41,980 nt of DNA from Octopus sinensis (GCF_006345805.1 NW_021833193.1:1-41980), one strand, 5' to 3'; positions 11,174 to 23,465 are shown, counted from the first letter of the stretch. Notes: generated by a model not told the origin, from the sequence alone. Numbers and translations: made by a program.

Positions 11174-12475
11174 CATATCTATCTATCTATCTATCTATCT
11201 ATCTCTCTATATATATTATATTATATATATTATATATATATGTGTGTGTGTGTGTATGTATTTATGTATATATATAGATATGTATGTATGTGTATGTATA
11301 TATGTATTTATGTATGTGTGTATGCATGTATATAATTGGCTAGTTCATATATCCGAAAAGGCACACTAATTTTTGATATCTTTTGTCTTTTAAGCAATAA
11401 TGTTTTATGAAGTCGGTGGATATGGCCGGTCAGAAAGTTACCTTTGATTTCACATCTATTATTGCTCTTAGGAATATAGGCGTCTCATCAAACCTGCTAG
11501 CCGTAAGCACATAGTTTCTTTACTAATTGAAGTAAGAATGGAGTCTTGGTCGGCACGGTTGTGAATAAAACCAATGGAGCTAAATTCTTCGAAAAGAAAA
11601 CCCCTTCTGGGTAAGATGGACTTATCTTCCTCTGAAGTTGTGTCCGAAAAGAGGCAGTTTATGTACGATTTCTCTTCACTAGTAAGCAAGCGGTGACGTC
11701 TTTGTCTCTAGCATGAATTTTCTCTCATAAGGGCACCGACCGAAGTACTCCACTTCTAGAATTTAAAAAGACCCACGGATCAACCGAATTCTTTGAGATT
11801 CTTGCCCTCTAAACCAAGCAGAGTTTGTATATCTTATGGCCCGAGCTATTCAAAGAGCTTACATTTTATCCTATATGGCTTTCACAGTTAATCGGGTATA
11901 GCATCATCCTGTATAACCCAGTTTACTAACAGATATTAGTAAACGCCTCTAAACCCTGAACAGAGGTATACTCTTCAATGCGAATAAGGTCGAATTAATC
12001 TCCGAGGAATTTCACTGGACTTCATTTTCATTACTTTCGAGGTGGACGGCTTTTCCTGCAGCGTCACGGCTTCTTTCAATGTCTGGCAGCTGTGCGATGC
12101 AACGATCGTTGAGTCTGCAGAGACTGTCTGCCACGAACTGCTATCAGTGATTTTCACTCTGTCGAGGATCGTTCTCCGAATTATTTTGTCCAAGTCAGAG
12201 ATCGTGAACGTCAATTACATCGTAGAGATCCTCGCAGCCTCCGTCTTGAACGTGCGATTATTACTCTACAACGTGCAGGTAAACCCGAAAGAGTAAACAT
12301 CTTAATTTTTGGTCCACCGATGCTCCCACTTGCCATTCGCTCTATCTTCACGCCCAGTCTTCTCCAGCATGGAATTCTGATGAGCAGATTGAACCTGATC
12401 GACGTTCGTCGAGCGTTGCACGAAATCCATTTGCAGCCGTCATGTTTGTATATGAATACGATTTACACGCTCTTT

Positions 12476-12520
<45 letters not shown>

Positions 12521-12602
12521 ACATACACATTCACACATGCACGCACAAACATTCACTGATACACACAGAGGCACACCACGCATACAAATTGTGAATTTAT
12601 AG

Positions 12603-12634
<32 letters not shown>

Positions 12635-12637
<3 letters not shown>

Positions 12638-12838
12638 TGTGCGTCTTTGTATCACAGTTTCTCCACACACCATAACTGGTGTTGATGAGTTTACTCCTCC
12701 GTAATTAGAGGTTTGGCAAACAAATTTGATAAATTAAGTAATACGCTTAAAAAAGAAGGCTTAGGGTTGATTAGTTCGAATAAAACCCTTCAAGTCGGAG
12801 CCCGATCAGGAGCACAGTCAAATAACTGAAATAATTAA
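12635..12838 (+). mobile_element. Decayed family B SINE, 3' half
   Basis: Reverse-complement similarity to 8960-9170. Confidence 0.55.
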
Positions 12839-12981
12839 ACGATATAACATAAAAGATATTCATATACATACATACTTGCATACATAAATACATGTCTAGG
12901 TATACAACTAATTACAAAAGAATACATGCATAAAACATACAAATCTGCACATATACATACATACATACCTACATACATACA

Positions 12982-13013
<32 letters not shown>

Positions 13014-13322
13014 CATACATACATACACACATACATACATACATACATACATACATACATACATACATACATACATACATACATACATACAAGCAAACAA
13101 ACAAAAAGACCCTATTGTTGATGATGAAATTCCAATGAAGGAGCCTTGGATTCAAGTTAGAAACCGGTTCTTTCTCTATTGGCAAGAAATCTTGAAATAA
13201 AACTGAATAATGACATACATACATACACACACAAACACACACACACACACCACACATTATATATATATGAGATCAAATGAAACCCAAGATCAACAATAGA
13301 AGGGAGTTGCAGGAAGCTACCT

Positions 13323-13352
13323 TGTTGCTATAGCAACACCCTTCTGCGCATG
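13323..13352. promoter_or_regulatory. RFX X-box (perfect 16-bp palindrome TGTTGCTATAGCAACA) with an adjacent partial NRF1-like TGCGCATG
   Basis: Matches the X-box consensus GTTGCYATRGCAAC at 13324-13337. TGCGCATG is at 13345-13352. Confidence 0.55.
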
Positions 13353-13610
13353 TTCAGCATGTTCACTCACATGTACACTCGCATGTACGCTCACACACAC
13401 GCATATCGGCAACATTCGTCAATTTCTTGAAAATGGGGTCATAACCTCGAAATATTGAATACAAGATAAGTCTACATTAATTCACATATTTGTTTCCATG
13501 TGATTCACCTTGCATTTACTTCGCATTGTTTTGGCCTTACCCAAAACAATGTATATTTTATACAATATATATATATATATATATATTTATGTATATGTAT
13601 ATATGTATAT

Positions 13611-13730
13611 ATCACGTGATCACGTGACCGACCAGACCATCAGATGTTGCTACACATCGCTGGTCACAATGCGTTCGCATTGTTTTAGCCTTCGAATGAC
13701 GCCACCCCGCTGGCTAAGCGAGCAGGCCAA
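13611..13730. mobile_element. Interspersed repeat fragment (tcacgtgaccgaccag...gcgagcaggccaa) within (TA)n; possibly Penelope-related
   Basis: A complex island with sharp edges inside a TA tract. I recall it as a common octopus repeat but have not verified this. Confidence 0.4.
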
Positions 13731-14033
13731 TATGTATATATATATATTATATATATACTGAGGGCATAAACAAATATATTTAAATAAATAAATAAATATA
13801 TTTAAATGGAATAATTGATAAATTTTTCACTTATGAGGTTTTTCACGCTATACATTTACATATATGTATGTATGTATGCATGTATATGCACGCACAGTTG
13901 TATAGACCTGTAAACATGTGAGTATAAATGTGTAAATCTATGTGTATTTGAGTATAGGTATGTATTGTCTAGTCTTATTGATTCTATTTAGTTCATTCGT
14001 GTTTTCGCCAGTTTATAAGCGCCATTGACTCAC

Positions 14034-14179
14034 TTAGTAGAAAGCGGTAAATCTGTGCAAATCAACAAATGCTTGCCTCTCTTAAAACTAGATTGTCTCG
14101 TGTCGATACCACCCCATCGTGAGCAACATCTGAGTCGGCATAGTCTTAATATCATAGCTAATCCTTTCCTTATAAACAT
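14034..14179 (-). CDS. Candidate first coding exon: MFIRKGLAMILRLCRLRCCSRWGGIDTRQSSFKRGKHLLICTDLPLST(K)
   Basis: Strong polypyrimidine tract plus caag|ATG, and a consensus donor AA|gtgagt. Only the ATG frame is open. It ends in phase 2, so it cannot join the phase-1 exon at 8436 directly. Confidence 0.5.
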
Positions 14180-14660
14180 CTTGGAGAATAAAGAAGGAAA
14201 GGAAATGCAAGAAATCGTGCATAACCACATACACACACTGACACACGAGCACACACACACCCACACACGTATGTACATATATGTATGCGTGTGTATGTAT
14301 ATATGTGTACACATACGTATATATATTTGTGTATATACATGTGTATATATATGTGTATATGTATATATATATACATATGCGTATTTACATATGTGTGTGT
14401 GCCTGCGTGTGTGCGTATGTACGTCTGCGCATATGGATATATATGTTTAATATAAACACGTGCTTATAAATATATATATATATACATTCACATACAGACG
14501 CACAAACAGGCAAACACACTATATATATATGCATATCTATATCTATATATATATATATATGATATAATTATATAAATATATATAATATAAATATATGTAT
14601 ATATATGTATATATATTATGTATATATATGTATATATATGTTATGATATATATGTATATA

Positions 14661-14728
<68 letters not shown>

Positions 14729-14780
14729 AATGTTTGACCATTTTTTAGAGAAGTCGTTCTTAAGTAAAATAGCAGAGTTT

Positions 14781-14900
14781 ATTCACCTAGTGGCTTAAAC
14801 TCAACAGCGTGTCATGATCTGTCGAAACTTCGTGATAACAAGTCACCGAAGAATGAAAGTGAAAGTAAGAAAATGAAAGTGAAACTAGAAAATGAAAAGC
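14781..14900 (-). promoter_or_regulatory. Putative promoter and non-coding first exon with tandem IRF/ISRE-like sites
   Basis: GAAAGTGAAAGT (14855-14866) and GAAAGTGAAACT (14875-14886) on the + strand. A minus-strand donor CTAG|gtgaat is at 14787/14786. Confidence 0.4.
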
Positions 14901-15203
14901 AGAGAAATTAAAAGCTTTATGTTGGACAGAGTGATTATATAGTTATAAACGTAAATCTAAGTGCATTTGTTGCTAATGACGGAAGAGGTTTCGCGAGGTT
15001 TCACGAGGTTTTACAGTGGCTTGAGAACGATGTAGGTTGGGGATGATTGGGACCAGGAGATGATAGGAGTAGGGATTGGGAGAGATCTCTAAATGTGGAT
15101 AAAGATTGATGTCGAGTTCATGATGTCACATTTTTGCTTCCGTTGCCGCTCTTCTCTAAATTTCCAATTACCGATGGCGTTGAATTATTTATTGGACGGT
15201 GTA

Positions 15204-15467
15204 ATGATGATGACGGCGACTGCGACGGTGATGGCGATGGCGACAACGACGACGATAACGACGATGAAAATGGTGATATGATGATCGCGATGGCGGTGAC
15301 GGTGATGACGGTGACGATGACAACGACAATGGTACGGCTGCTGCCACTGCTGCTGCTGCTAATGATGAGATGATAACGACAATGATGATAATGATGATTG
15401 ATGATGACGACGAACGATGACGGCGACGATGATGATGATGACGACGACGATGATGATGATGAAATGG

Positions 15468-15503
<36 letters not shown>

Positions 15504-15699
15504 GATGATGATGATGACGACGACGATGATGATGATGATTATGATGATGATGATGATGATGATGATGATTATGACGATGATGATGATGATGATGATGAAA
15601 GTGATGATGATGATGAAAGTGATGATGATGATGATTATGATGATGACGATGATGATGATGATGATGATGATGAAAGTGATGATGATGATGAAAGTGATT

Positions 15700-15734
<35 letters not shown>

Positions 15735-15772
15735 GATGATGATAATGATGATGAAAGTGATGATGATGATGA
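15204..15772. repeat. (GAT/GAC)n trinucleotide tract with a recurring GAAAGT variant
   Basis: Seen directly; source of the poly-His and poly-Met pseudo-ORFs. Confidence 0.95.
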
Positions 15773-16339
15773 TAGCAAGAAGGAAAAGGTATAGAAGAAT
15801 TTCGATACTTGGCTGGCAAAGTGCGATTAAGTCGATGAAATTGATGGCGGTTGACGTGGTGTTGCGTATAACAATGTAAGTCTGCTAGAAGTTAAGATTA
15901 CGGTGGCGCATAAGAAGATGTTGTAATATGGAATGAGGTGGGATCGAATAACACATTTGGGTGCTGTGGTCATGATGGTGGTGGTGGTGGTGGTAAATAT
16001 AGGGTTGGTATTGATGGCAATGGGATTGGAAATGACAACGATGAAAGTGGAGGTGATAAGGATGAAGACGATGACATGAATATACAAAGTTATGGTGTGT
16101 ACATGTATGTGATTGTGTGTGATTGTGTGTGTGTGTGTGTGTGTGGTGTTTGTGTGTATGAGAGTAAGAGAGAGAAAAAGACGGATGGGGAGGAAAGTGT
16201 TGAAATAACCAGGAAAAAAAGGATGAGAATAAGGTGATTGAGATGAGAGATTTACTAAAAGGTGGAGGGGAAGAAGAGGAAGAAGGAGGAGGATGTGACA
16301 GAGGAAGAAGAAGAAAAAGAAGACTGATAATTAAATAAA

Positions 16340-16389
<50 letters not shown>

Positions 16390-16393
16390 TAAA

Positions 16394-16950
16394 TGTCCTG
16401 ATGCAGTACCAGGCAGTGACTCTCATGGCTTCTGATCTTAACTGATTGGAAGTGTTATAATGTACATTGTTTTGTATTGGTATAAAAGATGTGCTACAGC
16501 AAATATTTGCTCAATACCACAGATTTGCTTGTCAGTTGTTGGACCTTACCAGTTGAGCATGTCCCTTAGTGGCTGACGATATGTGCCATCTCTGATCACG
16601 AGCAGAAGAGTAGTGGGGGAGCATCATAGCCATGTGTTTAGAAGGATTCTTTGGGGTTTGAATAATTCACCTCTGGAAACATGGGTGTTTCGTTCAACGT
16701 CCTTAAACAACCCTTATTCAGGGACCTTTTGAGCGGGATGGGTTACTCGATTCTGAAGAAAATTCTAACTGGGGCTCCACCTGCCAGGTCATGTGCTGTT
16801 TATCTGATATGAGATCACCATGTCGGCGCACATATGGGTTGTGATGCATGTGATGGTGTACCCTATCAGAGGGTAGTCATGATGGGTATACTGGGCTTCG
16901 AATATTTTACCCCAGTGTCACTTTGATGGCATGCTCTGCTCGCTCACTCA
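16394..16950. mobile_element. About 560-bp interspersed element inserted in (AAT)n; class uncertain
   Basis: Complex sequence bounded sharply by (AAT)n on both sides, with no intact ORF. Confidence 0.55.
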
Positions 16951-16964
16951 ATAATAATAATAAT

Positions 16965-16994
<30 letters not shown>

Positions 16995-16995
<1 letters not shown>

Positions 16996-17340
16996 TACCA
17001 GTGATTGGGCTACAATACAATGATCGTAGGAGCACTAGGAATGAATCAAGAAGGGAGGAACCAAAAATTATATGAGAATGATCCCTGGCTGACCATCCCT
17101 GCAAGAAGTGCAAAAAGATTGTCTTAAGGGTACATCACACGTATTGAGAAGAGCATTGTCGATGTGAGAACTGGTTGCTGCTCATGTATTTTAATTTAAC
17201 TTAAAAAAATTTAAAAAATGAACGAACTACTGAGTTTGTTTAATGGCCTACCATTGTATACTATGAGTTTTGCCCTAGGAGTCGGGAAGACACTCGGCAA
17301 GAAATGGAAGCAAATTTGAAAGAAGAAAAAAAAAAAAATA
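16995..17340 (+). mobile_element. R4/Dong-type (restriction-like endonuclease, RLE) LINE, extreme 3' end, family 1
   Basis: Frameshifted IVGALG...IPG*PSLQEVQK.V..GTSHVLRRALSM* followed by a UTR and an A-rich/(AAT)n tail. Confidence 0.75.
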
Positions 17341-17342
17341 AT

Positions 17343-17406
<64 letters not shown>

Positions 17407-17425
17407 AAGAAGAAGAAGAAGAAGA

Positions 17426-18054
17426 AATCATATTATCTCTGGCTGCCCAGTCCTGGCTAAGAAGGAATATATCCACAGACATGAGAGAGTTGGGACCTAC
17501 ATACACTGGAAGCTATGCCAACGTTATGGAATAACAACAGAAAAAAGATGGTATAGGCACACACCAGTAAAGGTCACAGAAAACGAGAAAGCAGCCATAC
17601 TCTGGGATATGCCGATACACACAGATAGAGAAATTAAGGCCAACAGACCAGATATAGTTCTCAGAGATCATGAAGAAAAAAATGCTTTCTAATTGATGTA
17701 TCAATACCAGCAGATGTCAACGTGTCTCTAAAAGAAATGGAGAAACTTTCAAAATACAAAGACCTGGAAATAGAGGTAACCAGAATGTAGAATCTAAAAA
17801 CAGAAACAATTCCTATTAGTAGGTGCATTAGGCATGATAAAAAATATTCAGACAAATAATAACAAAAACACCAGGACTTACAAACAATATAAGTACAGAA
17901 AATTGCACTACGGGCACTGCACACATCCTACGCAGAACACTTTCCATACAATGACAATCAGAGCATCACAACAAATCACAGCAAATACCCAAGGCACACA
18001 GAGCTGCGCTCGGTAGTGAAGTGAAAGCACGATATAAAAAATATCTTCTGAATA

Positions 18055-18055
<1 letters not shown>
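17426..18055 (+). mobile_element. R4/Dong-type RLE LINE 3' fragment, family 2
   Basis: NHIISGCPVLAKKEYIHRHERV...ILWDMPIHTDREIKANRPDIV...LIDVSIP...EKLSKYKDL...VGALG...GTAHILRRTL covers the zinc-knuckle end and the PD-(D/E)xK-type endonuclease. It is frameshifted and has an (AAT)n tail. Confidence 0.9.
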
Positions 18056-18085
<30 letters not shown>

Positions 18086-18506
18086 TAATAATGATAATAA
18101 TAATAATAATAAAATAATAATAATAATAATAATAAGAAGAAGAAGAGAAGAAGAAGAAGAAGAGAAAGAAGAAAGAAAAGAAGAAGAAGAAGAAGAAGAA
18201 GAAGAAGAAGAAGAAGAAGAAGAAGAAGAAGAAGAAGAAAGGGTGATTATAAATTAACAAGCATGAACAGGAAAGGAATAAGGAAAACAGGGAAAAGATG
18301 GTAACAACTGATAAAATGTGTAGACATGTAGCATCACATGTGTGCTTCATGGTTGGACAGCTACATGAAAATGTCTGTGCATGTATGCATGTATGTATGT
18401 ACGTATGCATGTATGTATGTATGTATTTATGTATGTATGTGTTTATGCATGTATGTAGGTAGGTAGGTAGGTATATATGTATGTATGTATGTATGTATGC
18501 ATGCAC

Positions 18507-18537
<31 letters not shown>

Positions 18538-19203
18538 TGTATGTATGTATGTATTACGTGTGTCTGTTTGTACATGAGTGAGATGTATGAAAAAGGAAAT
18601 GCTCTATGCATGGTTGAGCATGCGTAGTTGTGTAGTTATATAGCAGTTATATGTATAAACCTTATTATGCGCAATTACATTTATTCGTATATATAACGAT
18701 AAATTGATACAAATATATTTCTTTGTGTTCGCATGTGTGTATGCAAGTATGCAATTGCATAATGCATACTTGCATGTATGCATGATGCTTGTATGTATGA
18801 TGCATGTATATCCGTTCTATGTATGAACATACGTGCGTATAACTAAGGCGAAACTAGGGCTACCAAAATATCAGAGAGTAAACTGCGGAAAGGAGAATTT
18901 TAGACACACAATGGAGATAACTAGAGGAAATATATGAAAATAGGTTTCGTAACAATATATAACTTATGTAAGTGCACGTAATTATTTTATAGTCACACAC
19001 ATACACAGACACAAGATAGATATATGTATATGTACACACACACGCACATATATATATATATATACAAATAAAAGCGACTATATGTGTATGTATGTATGTA
19101 TGGATATATATATATATATATAAAATGTGCGTATACGTTTAAATGTATGAATATGCACATATATATATACGCGCAAACACATATGCATGTATATATATAA
19201 TTA

Positions 19204-20860
19204 CTAGCAGACATACCCGGCGTTGCTCGTGTTACATACAATTGAAGAATTAGACTTTTCTGTTATATTTTCCGTAATGAACTGGAATAATATGTTTCGA
19301 TTTCATCAAAATGCAGATGGGGTTATTTCCCTCTTTACACACCAAAACAAAATTGTAATCGTGCCACATCTAACCCATACTGCTGATTTTTATGCGCATT
19401 TTCCAAAAGCCAGTAGTATAGAACCTGTTTAAAGGGATTTGCTCCTGAAAAATGGAGGTCATGGAGCTCTAAAATGTGAGAGTTAACGCCCCTATTGGGG
19501 GGGGCGTCATATGTCAACCAGAGAAGTTGAATTGTTGAGAATCTTTTAACTGGATCTTATATCTTGTTTGAATTTCTTTGAAATAGGAAATATATGTTCA
19601 CTGGGTTTGTAAAAGAGAGCAAAGCTACAGGAAACCAAAAGACGAATGATCACCATAAGCAGTCAGTTACCCAACCCTAGTCGTTAACACTCCCAATGTA
19701 GGATTCCTCACCATCCAGGTGACAGCACAGCCGTAAGATGCATTGCGAATCTATAGCAATTGGAAGGGTGTGACCAGCTGAAATAAAACATTAACAACTG
19801 TGTGACGTGAGGGCTAAGGAGAATGAAAGTTGGAGTTTGCAAATCAAATGACCACTATACTGATATGTAACTGGACAGAATAAATTTACAATCTATAAAT
19901 GTCTTTGAATAACCAGTCATTCATCTGGGAAGGCGTTAAAATCAATGTTAACATGTGGGGACTATGTGTGACCGAGTGATAATAAAAATACTGAAAGTAG
20001 ATCTGCAATCAAATAACTTTACTCAACACTTTGCAACTGAATCAGTGGAGGCAAAGATGCCTCTCATTTACTTGACAATTTATGCAGCACGTTACAGCAA
20101 TCACATTCTAAGTGTATGTCAACGCAAACTCTTACACTGTTGTACCATTGAATTACAAATAATGCGCATCTTCTATGCTCGGATGGCCCCACAGCTTCCA
20201 AGAGTACAACTATTCGTCTTTGCTTAGATAAAATGACAAAATTGTGGGTGTTAAGTCCCCATGAAGGGGTCTTTCTAACTTGTAAGAAGATGAAATTTTA
20301 TAAATATTACTTCATTTGTATCTAATATCTATGGTTAAAAGTTCATCAACAGCAAAAATATATGAATTGTCATGGGGGTTGTGGCCCTTATGCATAAAAT
20401 ATAATTTCTAAAATTTCGTAAAGATCCATTCAGTACTTTTGACTTAGTTTTGGATCATAAAAGAAATGAGTAAAATTTGGGAGTTAAGGCCCCCATTAGG
20501 GTTTCTTAGAATCCTCATGTGAAGTGGAAACTTTGAGAATACTTCTTGATGTGTGTCAATTACCCATGGTTGAAATTTCATCAACATCGAAAATTTATGA
20601 ATTTTCTTGGGGGGGTCCTGCCCCCTTTAAGCCATCCGAAATTCAAACCAAACATATTGCATTATACCCGCCCTTATGCATTGAATCTAAGTTTCAAATA
20701 TCATAAGGACCCATCAGAAATTTTGGTCCATGAAATTGTCTGAAACACACAGCATTACCCTTTCCCTGGGCTTCGATTTTCTGTTCCAAATTCATTACGA
20801 TCGGTGCAGCAGTTTCGAATGTATAAGTAATACACGAACACATGAATACATGTCTTGATT
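19204..20860 (-). mobile_element. Non-autonomous Helitron of about 1.65 kb; 5' end uncertain
   Basis: The 3' terminus a|ctagcag...cccggcgttgctcg resembles that at 33645. It carries two decayed internal repeats of about 235 bp at 20235-20740. Confidence 0.6.
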
Positions 20861-20908
20861 AAAATAAATGTACAAATATACATACATGTTGTAGATATAT
20901 ATTATATA

Positions 20909-20952
<44 letters not shown>

Positions 20953-20995
20953 AATATATGTCTAATATATATAGTATATATATATGTATATATAT

Positions 20996-21060
<65 letters not shown>

Positions 21061-21581
21061 TATAGAGACAAAACCACTATTTGCAAAACAAACAAGGAAA
21101 GACTTAATCAATACATAAATAAAAAATAGAAACGTAGCACGCAGGGCGAAATGCGTGCCGTTATTCGTCTGTGTAAATTCGCCGAGTCGACTTTACCTTC
21201 ATCCTTCGGGGTCGATTAAATAAGTACCAGTTACGCACTGGGTCGATATCGATATTCATTAAAATTTATGTATATAGTCTTTCATTGTTTTGCAAAATGT
21301 GGGTTTTGTCTCTAATAATATTTATAATATTTACATATAAAATCGATTTAATCCTAATCTGATTTTTCCCTGTAAATTTGGATTATTCCCTAATATTTAA
21401 TATATATATTATATACATATATATATAATATACATTATAATATATATACATATATATACAATATACATGTATATATATGCCGATGAACGGCAACGTGGAA
21501 ACTCAGAGTAACAGGCTTGTTGAATTTTTCTGCTGCTCTAATAAGTATATATATATATATTATATATATATATATATATAA

Positions 21582-21800
21582 CGGTGGCGAGCTGGCAGAA
21601 ACGTTAGCACGCAGGGCGAAATGCGTTGCCGTATTTCGTCTGCTGTTCAAATTCCGCCGAGGTCGACTTTACCTTTCATCCTTTCGGGGTCGATTAAATA
21701 AGCACCAGTTACGCACTGGGGTCGATGTAATCGACTTAATCCGTTTGTCTGTCCTTGTTTCTCCCCTCTATGTTTAGCCCCTTGTGGGTAATAAAAAAAA
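21582..21800 (+). mobile_element. Family A tRNA-derived SINE, near full length; an indel-rich partial duplicate lies at 21128-21247
   Basis: A-box-like tggcagaaacg, B-box-like gttcaaattcc, the family body, and the tail cccttgtgggtaataaa. Confidence 0.9.
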
Positions 21801-21843
21801 ATATATATGTGTGCGTGGTGTGTGTGTGTGTGTGTTTGTGTAT

Positions 21844-21894
<51 letters not shown>

Positions 21895-21934
21895 GCACCA
21901 CACACATACACACACATAGATAGATAGATACAAC

Positions 21935-22184
21935 TGAGTGGGCAAACAAAATATGAGACACAGCGTAATGCTTTTTTTATGTTGATAAGCCTGGTACTTA
22001 TTCTATTAGTTTTTTCTTGTGAAACCAGTAAATTATGGGGATGTAAATAAACAAACAGCAGTTGTGAAGCAGTGGTGAGTGTGAAACACAGAAACAAAGT
22101 CATACACATACACTTAAATATATACATACATATATATACGATTGATTTCTTTAAGTTTCTGTCTACGAAATCTATCTATCTATC

Positions 22185-22216
<32 letters not shown>

Positions 22217-22575
22217 GACACACACAAAGATAAATTGTGTGGGCAAACAAAAATATTGGATACTGCCTAGTGTTTTTTTTTTGATAAGCCTAGTACTTAT
22301 TCTATCAGTTTCTTCTTGTGAAACCAGTAAGTTATGGGGATGTAAATAAACGAACACCAGTTGTTAGGCAGTGATGAGGGAGAAACACAAAGACACACAC
22401 GGACTTACATATAAACATATATATATATACGATTGATTTCTTTCATTTTCTGTCTACAAAATCCAATGACAAGTCTTTGGTTGGTCTGAGGCTATAGCAG
22501 AAGACACATGCCAAGTCACCACACAGTGGGACTGAACTGAGGAATATGTGTTACCACACAGCCACACCTGCACCT
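21935..22575 (-). mobile_element. Family B SINE with a diverged local tandem duplication of about 300 bp (21935-22175 and 22236-22465)
   Basis: Both units read gtgggcaaacaaaa...gataagcct.gtacttattcta...tacgattgatttcttt. Confidence 0.75.
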
Positions 22576-22641
22576 GTGTGTGTGTGTGTATGGGTGCATA
22601 TATGTATGCATGTATATATGTGTACATATTACATGTGCATC

Positions 22642-22677
<36 letters not shown>

Positions 22678-22819
22678 TGTATACATATACATCTATATGT
22701 ATAGAAATAAATGTATACATTTAAATTTAAAATAATAAGGGTGAGAAATTGAATATTAATTTTATTAATATGAATTGAAAACCAGTGGTGTAGCATATAA
22801 GACCATAGCGGATCTTCGT

Positions 22820-23294
22820 CTAGCAAAATGGATGTCCACTGTTAATGGGTCATCCCTCTTATATAATAGTTTGACTTTAATAGTTTCAGTATTAAAAGTG
22901 AAAGTATCTGACATTACAATAGAGAGATGTTTTTGTTTCACTTTTAACACGTAATACTGAAATAGTGGAGAAGATATGATATTGTTGTGAGCTCGCCCTA
23001 GGCAAGAAGCTAGAAGTATTTTGCCCATGACACTACATGGACCCTAAGTAAGGCATGTGTAAAATTTGAATGAAATTGGTTGTGTAGTGCTCAAGTTTTA
23101 GGGATTCATAGTGGAGAAGATATGATATTGCTGTGGGCTCGCCCTAGGCAAGAAGTTAAGAACGTTTTTGCCCATGACACTCCCTGGACTCTAAGTAAGG
23201 CATGTGTAAAATTTGAATAAAATTGGTAGTGTAGTTCTCAAGTTTTAGGGATTCAAGCAGACAGACACACTTTCTCAGTTTTATATATAGAGAT
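22820..23294 (-). mobile_element. Non-autonomous Helitron-like element with two internal tandem repeats of about 148 bp
   Basis: CTAG plus a hairpin ggatgtcca..tgggtcatcc at the left end, and ttttatatatagaga|t at the right end. The repeats start atagtggagaagatatgatattg at about 22962 and 23108. Confidence 0.65.
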
Positions 23295-23299
23295 TAATA

Positions 23300-23314
23300 C
23301 ATACATATATCTAA

Positions 23315-23369
<55 letters not shown>

Positions 23370-23421
23370 TGTGTACGTATATATATACGTGTATATGCAT
23401 ACATTTATATATATATGTATG

Positions 23422-23465
<44 letters not shown>

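Noticed and set aside
12290-12330. NILIFGPP as an SF3 helicase Walker A (parvoviral insertion)
   Set aside because: No GK[ST] follows in any frame.
12377-12435. CTGATGA...GAAA hammerhead candidate
   Set aside because: Stem II does not abut GAAA, and there is no stem I, stem III or NUH.
15118-15879. Poly-His and poly-Met ORFs; also the poly-Asp ORF at 34511-34909 resembling acidic biomineral proteins
   Set aside because: Pure (GAT)n tracts with no signal peptide, splice context or complex flanking coding sequence.
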